Origin: Candidatus Kapaibacterium sp.
GTDB taxonomy: Bacteria; Bacteroidota; Ignavibacteria; Kapaibacteriales; HRBIN21
Assembly (NCBI GenBank): GCA_025059875.1
Contig: JANXCT010000003.1
Span: 4,176 to 68,175, forward strand
Length of the DNA stretch: 64,000 nt
Direction: 5' to 3'
The notes under the pieces are model-generated. The model was not told the origin of the DNA and ran no database searches. It saw only the letters and a program-made list of their open reading frames with translations. A program made the translations under genes and the position numbers. Shown piece by piece: positions 30,397-39,903 of the stretch (the first letter of the stretch is position 1; each line of letters opens with the position of its first letter).

Positions 30397-31021
30397 GGCC
30401 AGCGGCAAAATTAGGCAAGCTCTCTTGCTCCTTCTGCTTGCGGGAAGCGTCGCTGCAGCCACCACTCCGCGGGACTCCCTACTCCGGCTGAACTCTGGCG
30501 GGCCTCGCTGGATCAGCGGTGAGGAGCTGCTCATGGCGCTCTACGGCTACGTGCTCACCCCTGTGTGGCTGGCTTTCGGGACGGCCTCGCTCGTCTCTCC
30601 GACTGTGCTTCTGGATGCATCGCGCCAGCAGTGGGGCTGGTCCATAGGGACCGGGGTTGGATGGAGTCCGGAGTCCACCGCTCAGCGCTTCTCGCTCCTC
30701 CGCCTCCAGGTAGATTACGAACGGCTGGGAGCCGCCCAGTTCAGCACGACGCTCCTGGCTGATTGGAACGCTGTGCCCATCTTTCTGCCCGAGCTCTTCC
30801 GCCTGGGAGGCAGCTTGGGGCTGGGCCAGAGCTGGCGTGCACCCGAACGCCGCCCGTACCTGCAGGCTGAGGCCTGGCTCCGGAACGCGATGGGGATTTG
30901 GTACATGGGCCTCTTCCCCCAGCACTCGCTGGGGCTGCGCCTGCGCTATTTCCCCGCCGTGTCTGCGCTACCCGCACGCTGGCAGCTCGCCCTCGGCTGG
31001 TGGGCTACCTTCGTGTGGTGA
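30395..31021 (+). CDS. Hypothetical exported protein, possibly a small outer-membrane beta-barrel
   Basis: Signal-peptide-like N-terminus, alternating hydrophobic strands, C-terminal aromatic (ATFVW). Fills the gap between kdsA and the RM gene. Confidence 0.5.
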   Translation: MASGKIRQALLLLLLAGSVAAATTPRDSLLRLNSGGPRWISGEELLMALYGYVLTPVWLAFGTASLVSPTVLLDASRQQWGWSIGTGVGWSPESTAQRFSLLRLQVDYERLGAAQFSTTLLADWNAVPIFLPELFRLGGSLGLGQSWRAPERRPYLQAEAWLRNAMGIWYMGLFPQHSLGLRLRYFPAVSALPARWQLALGWWATFVW

Positions 31022-31052
31022 AGCACCCCGCAACCCGCCGCTAGCCCTGGCG

Positions 31053-31060
31053 TATCTTTG
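31053..31060 (+). promoter_or_regulatory. -7 promoter element (TATCTTTG) upstream of the RM-like gene
   Basis: Exact TAnnTTTG match about 26 nt before the ORF at 31087. Confidence 0.5.
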
Positions 31061-31086
31061 CGCTGCGTGCACCCTGCGCAGCCCCG

Positions 31087-34000
31087 ATGACCCCATTTGA
31101 CCAAGCACTATCCGACTACCTCAGCCGACTGGAGCAGCTACGCCACCAGGGAGCCAGCGAAGACAGCATCCGCCACGTGTTCCTGCACTTCCTGCAGACC
31201 GCCTTCCCGGAGCTCTCGGCCGCCCGGCCCATCCAGGTGGAGCAGCACGTGCCGGGCCTCTCCGTCCGCGGAGGCTTCGCCGACGCCATCTGCGGCGACC
31301 TCATCTTTGAGTTCAAGCGGAAGCTCGACGACCAGACCCGCTCCGATGGCCAGCAGCAGCTCCAGCGCTACCTGGCCGCACAGCCGCAGCCTGAGCACTG
31401 CGTCGGCATCCTCACTGACGGCCAGACCCTGGAGGTCTACGTCCTGCGGGACGGATAGCTCCAGGAGCTGGACCAGTTCCGACTCGACGCCGGCCGAGCC
31501 GATGAGTGCCGGCTGTGGCTGGATTGCTACCTCTTCCACGAGAAGCAGCTCCGTCCGACGGCCCGGGACATCGCCCTACGCTTCGGGGAGCGGAGCCCGA
31601 CCTTCCAGGGGAGCCTGCAGTTGCTAGACAAGGCATGGCAACGGCTCAAAGCGGATCCATCGGCGCAGACGGAGTACACCCAGTGGCAGAGCCTGCTCTC
31701 CATCGTCTACGGCAGCCCCATAGGCACCGAGCAGCTCTTCCTGCGCCACACGTACCTGGCCCTCTTCGCCCGCCTGCTGGCCTTCGTGGTGCTCCAACGC
31801 AGGGTCCCGCAGGATAGCGAGCTTGCGGGGCTACTCACCGGGCAGACGTTCGAGCAGCTCGGCCTCTACAACTTCGTCGCCGACGACTTCTTCTCCTGGA
31901 TTGACGACGCAACCGCCTCTCCCCTGCTCCGCTCCCTGGCAACCCGCCTGACGACCTCCTACGACCTCTCCGCCATCCGCGAGGACCTCCTGCAGGAGCT
32001 CTACCAGGAGCTCGTGGACCCGGCCACTCGGCATGACCTCGGGGAGTACTACACGCCCGACTGGCTTGCCGAGCTGACGCTGCGCGAAGCGGGCATCCTG
32101 CAGGCCCTTCCGTTCCAACCTCCCGACGACCGGCTCTTCCTGCTGGACCCCGCCTGCGGCTCCGGGACCTTCCTCTTCGTGGCCATCCGGCTGCTGCGGG
32201 AGTCGGGGCTCTGCGGAGCTGAGCTGGTGGACTTCTGCGTGCACTTCCTGGCGGGGATTGACGTCCACCCGCTGGCAGTTGCAATTGCCCGCACCAACTT
32301 CGTCCTGGCGCTGAGCCAGGATTTGAGGGAGTACAGCAGGGACCTGCACGTGCCCGTCTACATAGCCGACAGCCTCACCGTCTCCCACCGCCGCCAGCGC
32401 GTCATCTCCGTCCCTGTTGACGTCGACGACATCGCGCAGCTCTCCGGCAAGTGCGGGGAGTCCCTACCGAGGGAGTTCTCGCTGCCGGCCACGCTGAGCG
32501 AAGACCAGCTCAACGCTGCCATTGACGCCCTGCTGGGGTTTGCCGAGCCTTCCATCACCGACGTAGATGCGCAGCAGGGCTTCCACTCCCGGCTCCTCCA
32601 GCTCGGACTCCCACGTGGACAGTACTACCTGTGGCATGCAAACCTGCGCCTCATGCGCTGGCTCCTGGCCTCGCCCCCGACGGACACGGTCTGGGGCTTC
32701 GTGCTGAAGAACGCGTACCGCCCCAAGCTACTCGCCGCTCGGAAGTCCGCCCTCGTCGTGGGGAATCCGCCGTGGTTGGCCTACCGCTACATCCAGCGGC
32801 GCGACTACCAAGACAAGGTGCGCAGGCTGACCCTGCAGGACTACGGCCTGCTGCAGGGCTCCCAGGCCCACCTCTTCACCCAGATGGAGCTGGCGACGCT
32901 CTTCTTCGCCTTCTGCGCCGACCGCTACCTCGCCGACGGCGGCACCATCGCGTTCGTCATGCCCCGGAGCGTCCTGACCGGCACCAAGCAGCACGACGTC
33001 TTCCGCCAGCGGTTCGTAGCCACAGCGGCGCTCATCGTAGACTGCGAGCGGGTCAGCCCGCTCTTCAACGTCCCCTGCTGCGTGCTCGTATGGCGGAAGC
33101 ACTCCTCCGGAGCCCACGCACAGGGCATCCCTCTGCTGGTCCTGGAGGGCAAGCTGCCGGAGCGTAACGCACCGCTGCAGAGGGCGTTACGCATACTCCG
33201 GCGGTGGCAGGGATCCTACACCCTTCCCAGCACCGCTACGGCGAAGAGCTTCTACCACCCAAAGGTTACCCCGGGTGCTACAATAGTGCCCCGCTGCCTC
33301 TGGTTCGTACGCCCCCGGGCCGAAGCACTCGTCATCAGCCAGCAACGGCCACCGTTGGAGACCGACCCTACCGTAGAACCTCGGACCAAGCCGCCGTGGA
33401 AGGGCCGGCGGCTGCAGGGGAGGGTAGAGGCGGACTTCCTCTACGCAACGCTCCTCTCCGACGACATGCTGCCCTTCGGCTGGCGCCGCCTGGCGCTCGT
33501 CGTGCTCCCCATAGACGCCACCACCCGCCACCTCATCACTGCCCAGCAGGCCATCACGATGGGGGCAACGGGACTAGCCGACTGGCTGAAGCAGGCAGAG
33601 TCCATCTGGAACCGGCACAGGAAGTCACAGCTCGATCTGCTGGGCCGCCTCAATTGGCAGAACGACCTTACCGACCAGAGCCCTACGGGCGTGTACAAGC
33701 TGCTCTACAACACCAGCGGGACGTACCTCTGCGCATGCGTCGTGGACCCCAGCGATGCGAGCGTCCAGCAGGTCCATGGCCTGCCGGTGAAGGGCTTCTT
33801 CGGGCAGTACACGACCTATTTGTTTGAGACGCTCGATGGCGACGAGGCACATTACCTCTGCGCCATCCTCAACGCTCCGTGCGTGGACGCAGCCATCAAG
33901 CCGTTCCAGCCAAGAGGTGCCTTCGGTGCCCAGAGCGGGAAAGGAACTCCTTCCCATCCCGCGCTTCAACCCACAGGACCCGCTGCACGTGCAGCTAGCG

Positions 34001-34165
34001 GAGCTCAGCCGGCAGTGCCACGCGAAGGTGAAGCAGAGCGTTGCTGCGATGGACCAGGCGTTGCTGAAGCAGCCCATTGGCCGGCTGCGCCAGCGGATTC
34101 GGCAGCAGTTGCAGACCGAGCTGGAGCAGATTGACCACCTGGTGCAGCTCTTGGGGTTGCCGTAG
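31087..34165 (+). pseudogene. Disrupted Type IIG-like restriction-modification fusion (nuclease + N6-adenine methyltransferase + specificity region)
   Basis: N-terminal ADAICGDLIFEFKR (PD-(D/E)xK-like), LGEYYTP, motif I DPACGSGTF, motif IV GNPPW. In-frame TAG at 31456-31458 with the same frame continuing open through 31621. Frame change near 33943 into ELLPIPRF...; stop at 34165. Confidence 0.82.
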
Positions 34166-34264
34166 CGGAGTGGCTGCGCACTCGCCATCGGACGCACCTC
34201 GTATTTTCGCCCGCGGGACTTCGGCCGTACGTCCAACACTCCGCGGAGGCTTGCTCGAGTTCCG

Positions 34265-35566
34265 ATGTGTGCCCTCCTCGTACTGCTCTCCACGTTCTGC
34301 TGTGCGGCCCAGCAACTGATATGGCTGGGGCGGCTCCCCAACGGGGGCACGAGCGAGGCAATGGCTGTCTCCGACGACGGCACGGTCGTGGTCGGCCGAG
34401 CCGAGAACGTGAACTACCAGTGGCGGGCCTTCCGCTGGACGGCCTCGGGCGGGATGGTGTCGTTGGGGACCTTCGGGGGGAGCTTCAGCGAGGCATTGGG
34501 CGTGGCGGCGGATGGCTCTGCCGTCGTCGGCCGGGCCCAGGACACGCTCGGACGCTGGCGGGCCTTCCGCTGGGAGGCCTCCACGGGGATGCGTGACTTG
34601 GGGACGCTCGGCGGACGGGAGAGCGAGGCGGTAGCCATCTCGCCAGCAGGGGTTGTCGTCGGACGGGCTATGAACGGGAGCCTGCAGTTCCGTGCCTTCC
34701 GCTGGAGTACTACCTCCGGCATGCAGGAGCTGGGCACCCTCGGCGGGCTGGAGAGCGCAGCGCTGGCAATTGCCCGCGATAGCTTGGTGGTCGTCGGTTG
34801 GGCCGAGAACACTGACCGGCAACCGCGGGCCTTCCGCTGGACACCCTCCGGCGGGCTCCAGCCGCTCGGCACCCTCGGTGGAGCCCGTAGCGAAGCCTAC
34901 GATGTCTCTGCCGACGGCTCTGTCGTTGTGGGACGGGCCGAGAACAGCGACCGCCTCTGGCGGGCCTTTCGCTGGACGGCAGCAACCGGGATGCAGGAGC
35001 TGGGAACCCTAGGTGGTCGGGAGAGCGCTGCGCTGGCCGTCTCCGCCGATGGTTCCGTCGTGGTGGGCTGGGCTACCACCCCAACCGGAGACTGGCGGGC
35101 CTTCCGCTGGACATCGGCCACAGGGCTCCAAGACCTCAATGTGCTCTACGCGCGCGCCGTCGGACGCTCGCTGTTGTATGCAGCCCGTGACATCTCCGCC
35201 GACGGGCGGTACATCGTCGGCTACGGCATCAACGCCGCCACAGGGCGGCAAGAGGCCTATCTGCTGGACACCCAAGGCGCGAGCGATGCCGAGGAGTTAC
35301 CCCTCCGCCCGTCAGCGCTCAACGTGGAGCTGCAGCCGGTGGTTGGAGGGACGATAGGCTCCGCCTCGTACCAGCTACCTTCGGCTCTGTGGGTCTCGCT
35401 CAGCGTCGTGGACCTCCTCGGCCGCACTGTGGCATCGCTCGCCGAAGGTTGGCATTCTGCCGGCGTACACCGCGTCGCGCTCCCTCCGCTGCCAGCAGGG
35501 ACGTACATGCTACTCCTCCGCACAGAGCATGGGACACTCTCGCGCCCGTTCGTCGTACTGCGCTGA
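34265..35566 (+). CDS. HAF-repeat extracellular protein with T9SS-like C-terminal domain
   Basis: Six RAFRW...LGTLGG..SxAxxxSxDGSVVVG repeats. Ends VVDLLGRTV...LPAGTYMLLL...RPFVVLR. Confidence 0.85.
   Translation: MCALLVLLSTFCCAAQQLIWLGRLPNGGTSEAMAVSDDGTVVVGRAENVNYQWRAFRWTASGGMVSLGTFGGSFSEALGVAADGSAVVGRAQDTLGRWRAFRWEASTGMRDLGTLGGRESEAVAISPAGVVVGRAMNGSLQFRAFRWSTTSGMQELGTLGGLESAALAIARDSLVVVGWAENTDRQPRAFRWTPSGGLQPLGTLGGARSEAYDVSADGSVVVGRAENSDRLWRAFRWTAATGMQELGTLGGRESAALAVSADGSVVVGWATTPTGDWRAFRWTSATGLQDLNVLYARAVGRSLLYAARDISADGRYIVGYGINAATGRQEAYLLDTQGASDAEELPLRPSALNVELQPVVGGTIGSASYQLPSALWVSLSVVDLLGRTVASLAEGWHSAGVHRVALPPLPAGTYMLLLRTEHGTLSRPFVVLR
34424..35140 (+). repeat. Intragenic coding repeat of about 135 nt, six copies (HAF repeats)
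   Basis: GCCTTYCGCTGG recurs with a period of about 132-135 nt and encodes AFRW. Confidence 0.8.
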
Positions 35567-35577
35567 GTCCACATAGC

Positions 35578-35611
35578 CTACGGGCTTTCCCCCACTACGG
35601 GCTCTCCCCCA
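35578..35611. repeat. 17-bp tandem duplication of the TonB-dependent receptor 3' end including its stop codon
   Basis: CTACGGGCTTTCCCCCA followed by CTACGGGCTCTCCCCCA (16/17 identical). Confidence 0.7.
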
Positions 35612-37775
35612 CACGCCATCGGACGCCGACGTAGACCAGCCGTGCCTCCAGCGGTCCCCAGACCAAGGAGGCATCGAAGTAGGGCCCACGCGGATTCCCT
35701 GGGTCCACGACAGCCGAGTGTTGTAGGGCATTCGTCAGGTTCTCCACCCCAACGTAGAGGTCCCAGACTCCGAAGCGGCGCGTCACTTGCCCATTGACTC
35801 GGAAGACTGCGGGGAAGCGCTCTCCCCAGCGGAGGCTATCGGGATTGCCCGTCGCCGTCGGTAGCCGACCACCGCTGTTCCAGACGAGCGTTGCATCCAC
35901 CTGCCACTGGTGGCCTGCAATGGCATAGCTCACCGTTGCCAGCACCCGGTGGGGCGAGACCAAGGGACGGCGCCGCCACTGCCCGCCCGTCTGCGCCCAG
36001 GTATCCCACCAGCGGTAGGCCAGCCGGAGCTCGACTCCGGCCACCCTCCCCTCTGCCTGCAGCAGGAGCGAGTTCGCGTAAGCCTGACCAGCATTCTGCA
36101 GCAGCAGTCGGCGCGGGCTCCAGTCCAAGTCCGGCACCACTTGGTTCCGGAACTCCGTCCGGTATGCCTCTAAGTCCAGCGTCCACAGCCCTCCGACGGG
36201 CAACAGTAGGGTCAGCGAGCCGCCGTAGTTCCAGCCCCACTCCGGCGAGAGAGGCCCGAAGGTAACCTGGCGGGAGCTCAGGAAGAAGGGTAGGTTGTCC
36301 GCCACGACGTTCGGCACACGCATCCCTCGACCGCCAGAGAGGCGCACCGTTACGCCAGTCCAAGGCTGCCACTTGAGATAGGCCCGTGGTGTTAGGAATG
36401 CCCCGTACTGGCTATGCCAATCTGCCCGGAGCCCGGCCACTACCGTGAGGCCGGAACGGAGATAGAGCGTCGCCTCCAAGAAAGCCCCAGGAACGAGCTC
36501 GCGTCGGTTCCACGCCGTATCAGCGAACCGCTCATCGTAGGAGTCCACCAGCAAGTTTGCTCCGTAGCGTAGGCACGTCCCGTCCTCCCACTCGCTGACG
36601 AAGAGTGCGGCGAACGTTCCCATGGACTGCGTGCCCTTGTACGGATAGCGCCCCAGTGTCGCCCGCACCTGCTGCCCCACCAGCGCCGTCCGCACCCCGA
36701 ACTGAGTGATGTCGGAGAGCCTCTGGGTGCTCTTGCCCACAAGCTCACCTCGACGCCCGAGGATGTGGAGCAGATACGACCGCTCTGGGACTGCCGTCCG
36801 GAGCGTACCGCCATGGCGCTCATCCACCACGGCTTTCGCAAAGACCTGGAGCTCGGGCTCCTCCGAGTGCAATAGCCACACCATACCCCCGAGCTGCCGC
36901 GCCAAGGGCATGTCAATGAAGCCATCGCGGTTGACATCCCGCTCCCACCCTGACCATCGGCCGTTGAGGAAGCCCATACCCTGCCACGAACGAGATATTG
37001 TCCGGGTTGAGGCTAGATTTAGCTCAAGCCTTCCAGCAGAGCTGGCGAATAGGTTGGCGAAGAGCGGGGGGCTATCGTACGGCTTGCGGTAGTCGACGCA
37101 GACCGTTCCGGTAAGCCCCTCGTAGCCATCTGCAACAGACGTCGCTCCCTTGGAGATGGCAATCCCCTGCAGGAATGGCCCCGGGATGTACTCCCACTGG
37201 AACGGGAGCGAAAGCCCACGGAAGAGCGGCACCGCCTCCACGAGCGTCTGCACGTACACCCCGCTCAGGCCCAGCATCTGAATCTGCCGCAGCCCCGTCA
37301 GCGGGTCGGAGAAGGTGGCCTCCACCGTCGGGCTCTTCTCGAAGGATTCTGCCAGTGTACAGCAGGCAGACTGCTCCAATTGCTGAATGCTGATGAGCTC
37401 CGTCTTCACCGGTGCTGGAGCAATCGTCGGGGCTGCAGCCTCAACCGCGACTTCCCCGACCTCGTAGTCCGCTCTCAACACGATGACCAGCGGCCCCGTC
37501 ACCCCGGCAGGCAGGACGGTATCCCGGCTGCGGTACCCAACGGAGCTCACCCGCAGGGTGTCCACGCCATCCGGGCGCGGGAGGCGGAAGTGACCGTCGG
37601 AGTGCGTCAACACCCCAATCTCGCTCCTTACCCACTGCACGCGGGCTCCAGGCAGTGGGCAGCGGGTTCCATCGGGCTCTTCGCCGTAGACGATCCCTTC
37701 AACGTACGGCTGCGCCACCGCCGATAGCACAGCAAGCATAGCAGACCAGATGCCCACAACCATGAGGGCAAGCAT
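35595..37775 (-). CDS. TonB-dependent outer-membrane receptor, probably metal-related
   Basis: Signal peptide, carboxypeptidase-regulatory-like N-domain (LPGARV...DGHFRL...VSSVGY), plug with SACCTLAESFE, barrel ending YVGVENLTN...VWGP...YVGVRW. Confidence 0.88.
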   Translation of the reverse strand: MLALMVVGIWSAMLAVLSAVAQPYVEGIVYGEEPDGTRCPLPGARVQWVRSEIGVLTHSDGHFRLPRPDGVDTLRVSSVGYRSRDTVLPAGVTGPLVIVLRADYEVGEVAVEAAAPTIAPAPVKTELISIQQLEQSACCTLAESFEKSPTVEATFSDPLTGLRQIQMLGLSGVYVQTLVEAVPLFRGLSLPFQWEYIPGPFLQGIAISKGATSVADGYEGLTGTVCVDYRKPYDSPPLFANLFASSAGRLELNLASTRTISRSWQGMGFLNGRWSGWERDVNRDGFIDMPLARQLGGMVWLLHSEEPELQVFAKAVVDERHGGTLRTAVPERSYLLHILGRRGELVGKSTQRLSDITQFGVRTALVGQQVRATLGRYPYKGTQSMGTFAALFVSEWEDGTCLRYGANLLVDSYDERFADTAWNRRELVPGAFLEATLYLRSGLTVVAGLRADWHSQYGAFLTPRAYLKWQPWTGVTVRLSGGRGMRVPNVVADNLPFFLSSRQVTFGPLSPEWGWNYGGSLTLLLPVGGLWTLDLEAYRTEFRNQVVPDLDWSPRRLLLQNAGQAYANSLLLQAEGRVAGVELRLAYRWWDTWAQTGGQWRRRPLVSPHRVLATVSYAIAGHQWQVDATLVWNSGGRLPTATGNPDSLRWGERFPAVFRVNGQVTRRFGVWDLYVGVENLTNALQHSAVVDPGNPRGPYFDASLVWGPLEARLVYVGVRWRVGESP

Positions 37776-37890
37776 TGTCTCCTCCAGCGTTTGTGGAACA
37801 CGCTACTGCGCAGCACGGAACGGGTGCTGTAACCTGTACACGCAGCCCCGTAGGGAGGACGCCCCTACAGACCCACTCCCGCTGGAGGCT
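37776..37890 (-). promoter_or_regulatory. Structured intergenic RNA able to sequester the receptor SD
   Basis: Perfect 9-bp inverted repeat CCTCCAGCG (37781-37789) / CGCTGGAGG (37880-37888). One arm holds the GGAGG SD. Encloses hairpins CAGCAC/GTGCTG and GTAGGG/CCCTAC. Confidence 0.6.
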
Positions 37891-38340
37891 TCAACACCGG
37901 AGGATACAGAGTGCCGTGAGGTCTGGTGAAGGCTGGTGGTGCGTTCCTCTCAGAGAGGTCCGAGTTTGCCAGCTCCAGAGGATAGGAAGGGCCAGCTTCA
38001 GGTGGCCAACGATAGCGGTCGGCAGCACGAGCCCCTCTTTCCCTTTCTCCGGAAGCCCCTGCGGAATGAGCTCAGTGATGCTCTCGTAACAGTGCCCGTC
38101 AAAACAGCATGGCGGCAGCTCATCCGAGGCCGGCTCGGAGCAGTCTTCTGCAGCGACACAGCAGCTAGCCTCCTCTTCCGCTGACGGCATTGCCTGGATG
38201 TGGAGGGACGAGAGCGTGCAGGGCTCCGTCAGGCACAAGCGGGAACAGAGGATGAGCGGCAACACGAGAGTCACGCTGCCGTAGAGGCCCAGGAGGATAC
38301 CGCTGAGCGCTCGGTACCGATGTCGGAGCGTCCATCTCAT
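37891..38340 (-). CDS. Cys-rich leader-type protein upstream of the receptor (HYC_CC_PP / DUF2946-like)
   Basis: N-terminal hydrophobic helix, CxxxC, two CC pairs (SCC, PPCC..HC), C-terminal HHQPSPDLTALCILRC. Co-oriented directly upstream of a TonB-dependent receptor. Confidence 0.6.
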   Translation of the reverse strand: MRWTLRHRYRALSGILLGLYGSVTLVLPLILCSRLCLTEPCTLSSLHIQAMPSAEEEASCCVAAEDCSEPASDELPPCCFDGHCYESITELIPQGLPEKGKEGLVLPTAIVGHLKLALPILWSWQTRTSLRGTHHQPSPDLTALCILRC

Positions 38341-38495
38341 CGCAAGCTGAGGTGACGATGCCGATACCACGATATTGCTCGATTCGCCCCTACCGCGCCC
38401 ACTTCCTAGGGAGCACTCCGCTCAAGGAAGGCTCCCCTAGAGCTCCGTCCTCGCACCCCTGCCAAATCGCTAGCATGCTGGAAGTGGCGGGTTTG

Positions 38496-38503
38496 TATTT
38501 TTG
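38496..38503 (+). promoter_or_regulatory. -7 promoter element (TATTTTTG) for the prenyltransferase operon
   Basis: Exact TAnnTTTG match 40 nt upstream of ATG 38544. Confidence 0.55.
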
Positions 38504-38543
38504 CTGACCGGCTGGTCAGTCGAACCATGCTTTGGGTCTCCTG

Positions 38544-39899
38544 ATGGATATCCAGGCACTGCGAGCGGCCAAGCAGGTCTTCCGCGAGAACAAGGCCTTG
38601 ACGCTCGTCACTCACGGTAGCGATGGGCTGTGGGCCGGTAAGGCCTACTTCGGCGAGCAAGACGGCTACCTCTACGTCGCTCTGGAGCAGGGCCGGAACT
38701 ACCGCAACGTCATCGAGAACCCGCGTGTCTTCTTCGTGATCGAGCGTGGCGTCCCCGACCGCTTCATCCAAGGCGAAGGGATAGCTGAACCCTTGGGGCC
38801 TATCACAGAGCGGCCCGAGCGCAGCATCATCTTCCGCAAGGCGTTGGAACTGGTGCTCTTCGCCAAGCTCATCCCCGGAGTGACGCTCTTCCGGATTCGC
38901 CCCACCCGGCTCTTCGTATCGGACTTCACTCGGGAATGGAAGCCGCGAGCTGTTGTAGAGGTCACCGATGCCGTCCTGGACTACTTCCGCAACCAGCTTC
39001 GAGACAAGCCCTCAAAGGTGGCTGTCTTCTGGAAGGCTGTCCGCTCGTTCTCGTTTACGGTCACGCTGGCGCCAGTCCTTCTCGGCTCGCTCGTTGCACC
39101 GGTCTTCCACTGGGGCCTGTTCTTGCTGACCCTCTTGGGCACACTCCTAGCGCACGCCGGAGTAAACGTCATCAGCGACTACGTGGACTGGCGGCGTGGG
39201 GCAGATACCTGGAAAGTCCTCGGCTCCAGCCGCGTCTTAGTGGATGGCCTCATGCAACCGCAGACTCACTTGCGGTTTGGGATCATCCTCATGGTAGCGG
39301 CTGCCATCATTGGCGCCATTCTGGCATCCCTCAGCGGTCCAGCGATTTGGTACCTGATGGCAGCAGGGGCTGCGATTGGCATCTTCTACACCGTCCCGCC
39401 AATTGGGCTCAAGTACCGCGCACTCGGCGACATCGCCGTCTTCCTGGCCTTTGGCCCTTTGATGGCGCTGGGTGCCTACTACGTGCAGACCTCGCAGTTG
39501 GATTGGCTCCCCGTGTGGCTCTCCATCCCGATTGGCCTGCTGACGATTGGCATCCTCCACGGCAACAACTACCGCGACATTGCCGAGGACCGAGCGGCCG
39601 GATACCACACGGTAGCGAGCCTCTTAGGGCCACGAGGTTCAGCATACTACTACGCCGTCCTTGTAGTGGCGGCATACGTGTCACTTCTGCTCCTCGTTAG
39701 CCTGAAGCTGCTCCCAGTATGGTCGCTCGTGGCGCTCTTGACACTACCCGTTGGGTGGCGTAACATTCAGGTGGCCTTCAACCACGCTCGTGTTGCCTTC
39801 AGCTTCCTAGACCTGCTGACGGCCCAACTCCACTTGCTGTTCTCGCTAGCCGTCGTCGCGGGTCTGATCCTCCAGCGACTTGTGCCAGTAGTGTGGTGA
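38544..39899 (+). CDS. Fusion of a pyridoxamine-5'-phosphate-oxidase-like split-barrel domain and a MenA/UbiA-family prenyltransferase
   Basis: Soluble N-terminal domain of about 150 aa (LTLVT...YRNVIENPRVFFVI...IQGEGIA...LFRIRP). C-terminal membrane part has NVISDYVDWRRGAD, YRALGD and NNYRDIAEDRAAGYHT. Confidence 0.8.
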   Translation: MDIQALRAAKQVFRENKALTLVTHGSDGLWAGKAYFGEQDGYLYVALEQGRNYRNVIENPRVFFVIERGVPDRFIQGEGIAEPLGPITERPERSIIFRKALELVLFAKLIPGVTLFRIRPTRLFVSDFTREWKPRAVVEVTDAVLDYFRNQLRDKPSKVAVFWKAVRSFSFTVTLAPVLLGSLVAPVFHWGLFLLTLLGTLLAHAGVNVISDYVDWRRGADTWKVLGSSRVLVDGLMQPQTHLRFGIILMVAAAIIGAILASLSGPAIWYLMAAGAAIGIFYTVPPIGLKYRALGDIAVFLAFGPLMALGAYYVQTSQLDWLPVWLSIPIGLLTIGILHGNNYRDIAEDRAAGYHTVASLLGPRGSAYYYAVLVVAAYVSLLLLVSLKLLPVWSLVALLTLPVGWRNIQVAFNHARVAFSFLDLLTAQLHLLFSLAVVAGLILQRLVPVVW

Positions 39900-39903
39900 C
39901 CGA

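Noticed and set aside
31456..31458. Programmed TAG readthrough or recoding in the RM gene
   Set aside because: Other genes here use TAG as a normal stop (dxr, groL, ispG), and a second independent lesion in the same gene favours pseudogenisation.
33937..33946. GGGAAAG as a programmed -1 frameshift site
   Set aside because: The heptamer is out of phase (read GGG AAA G) and the needed shift is +1. A deletion is more parsimonious.
34424..35140. Regularly spaced repeats as a CRISPR array
   Set aside because: Period of about 135 nt, in-frame coding repeats with similar intervening sequence, and no cas genes.
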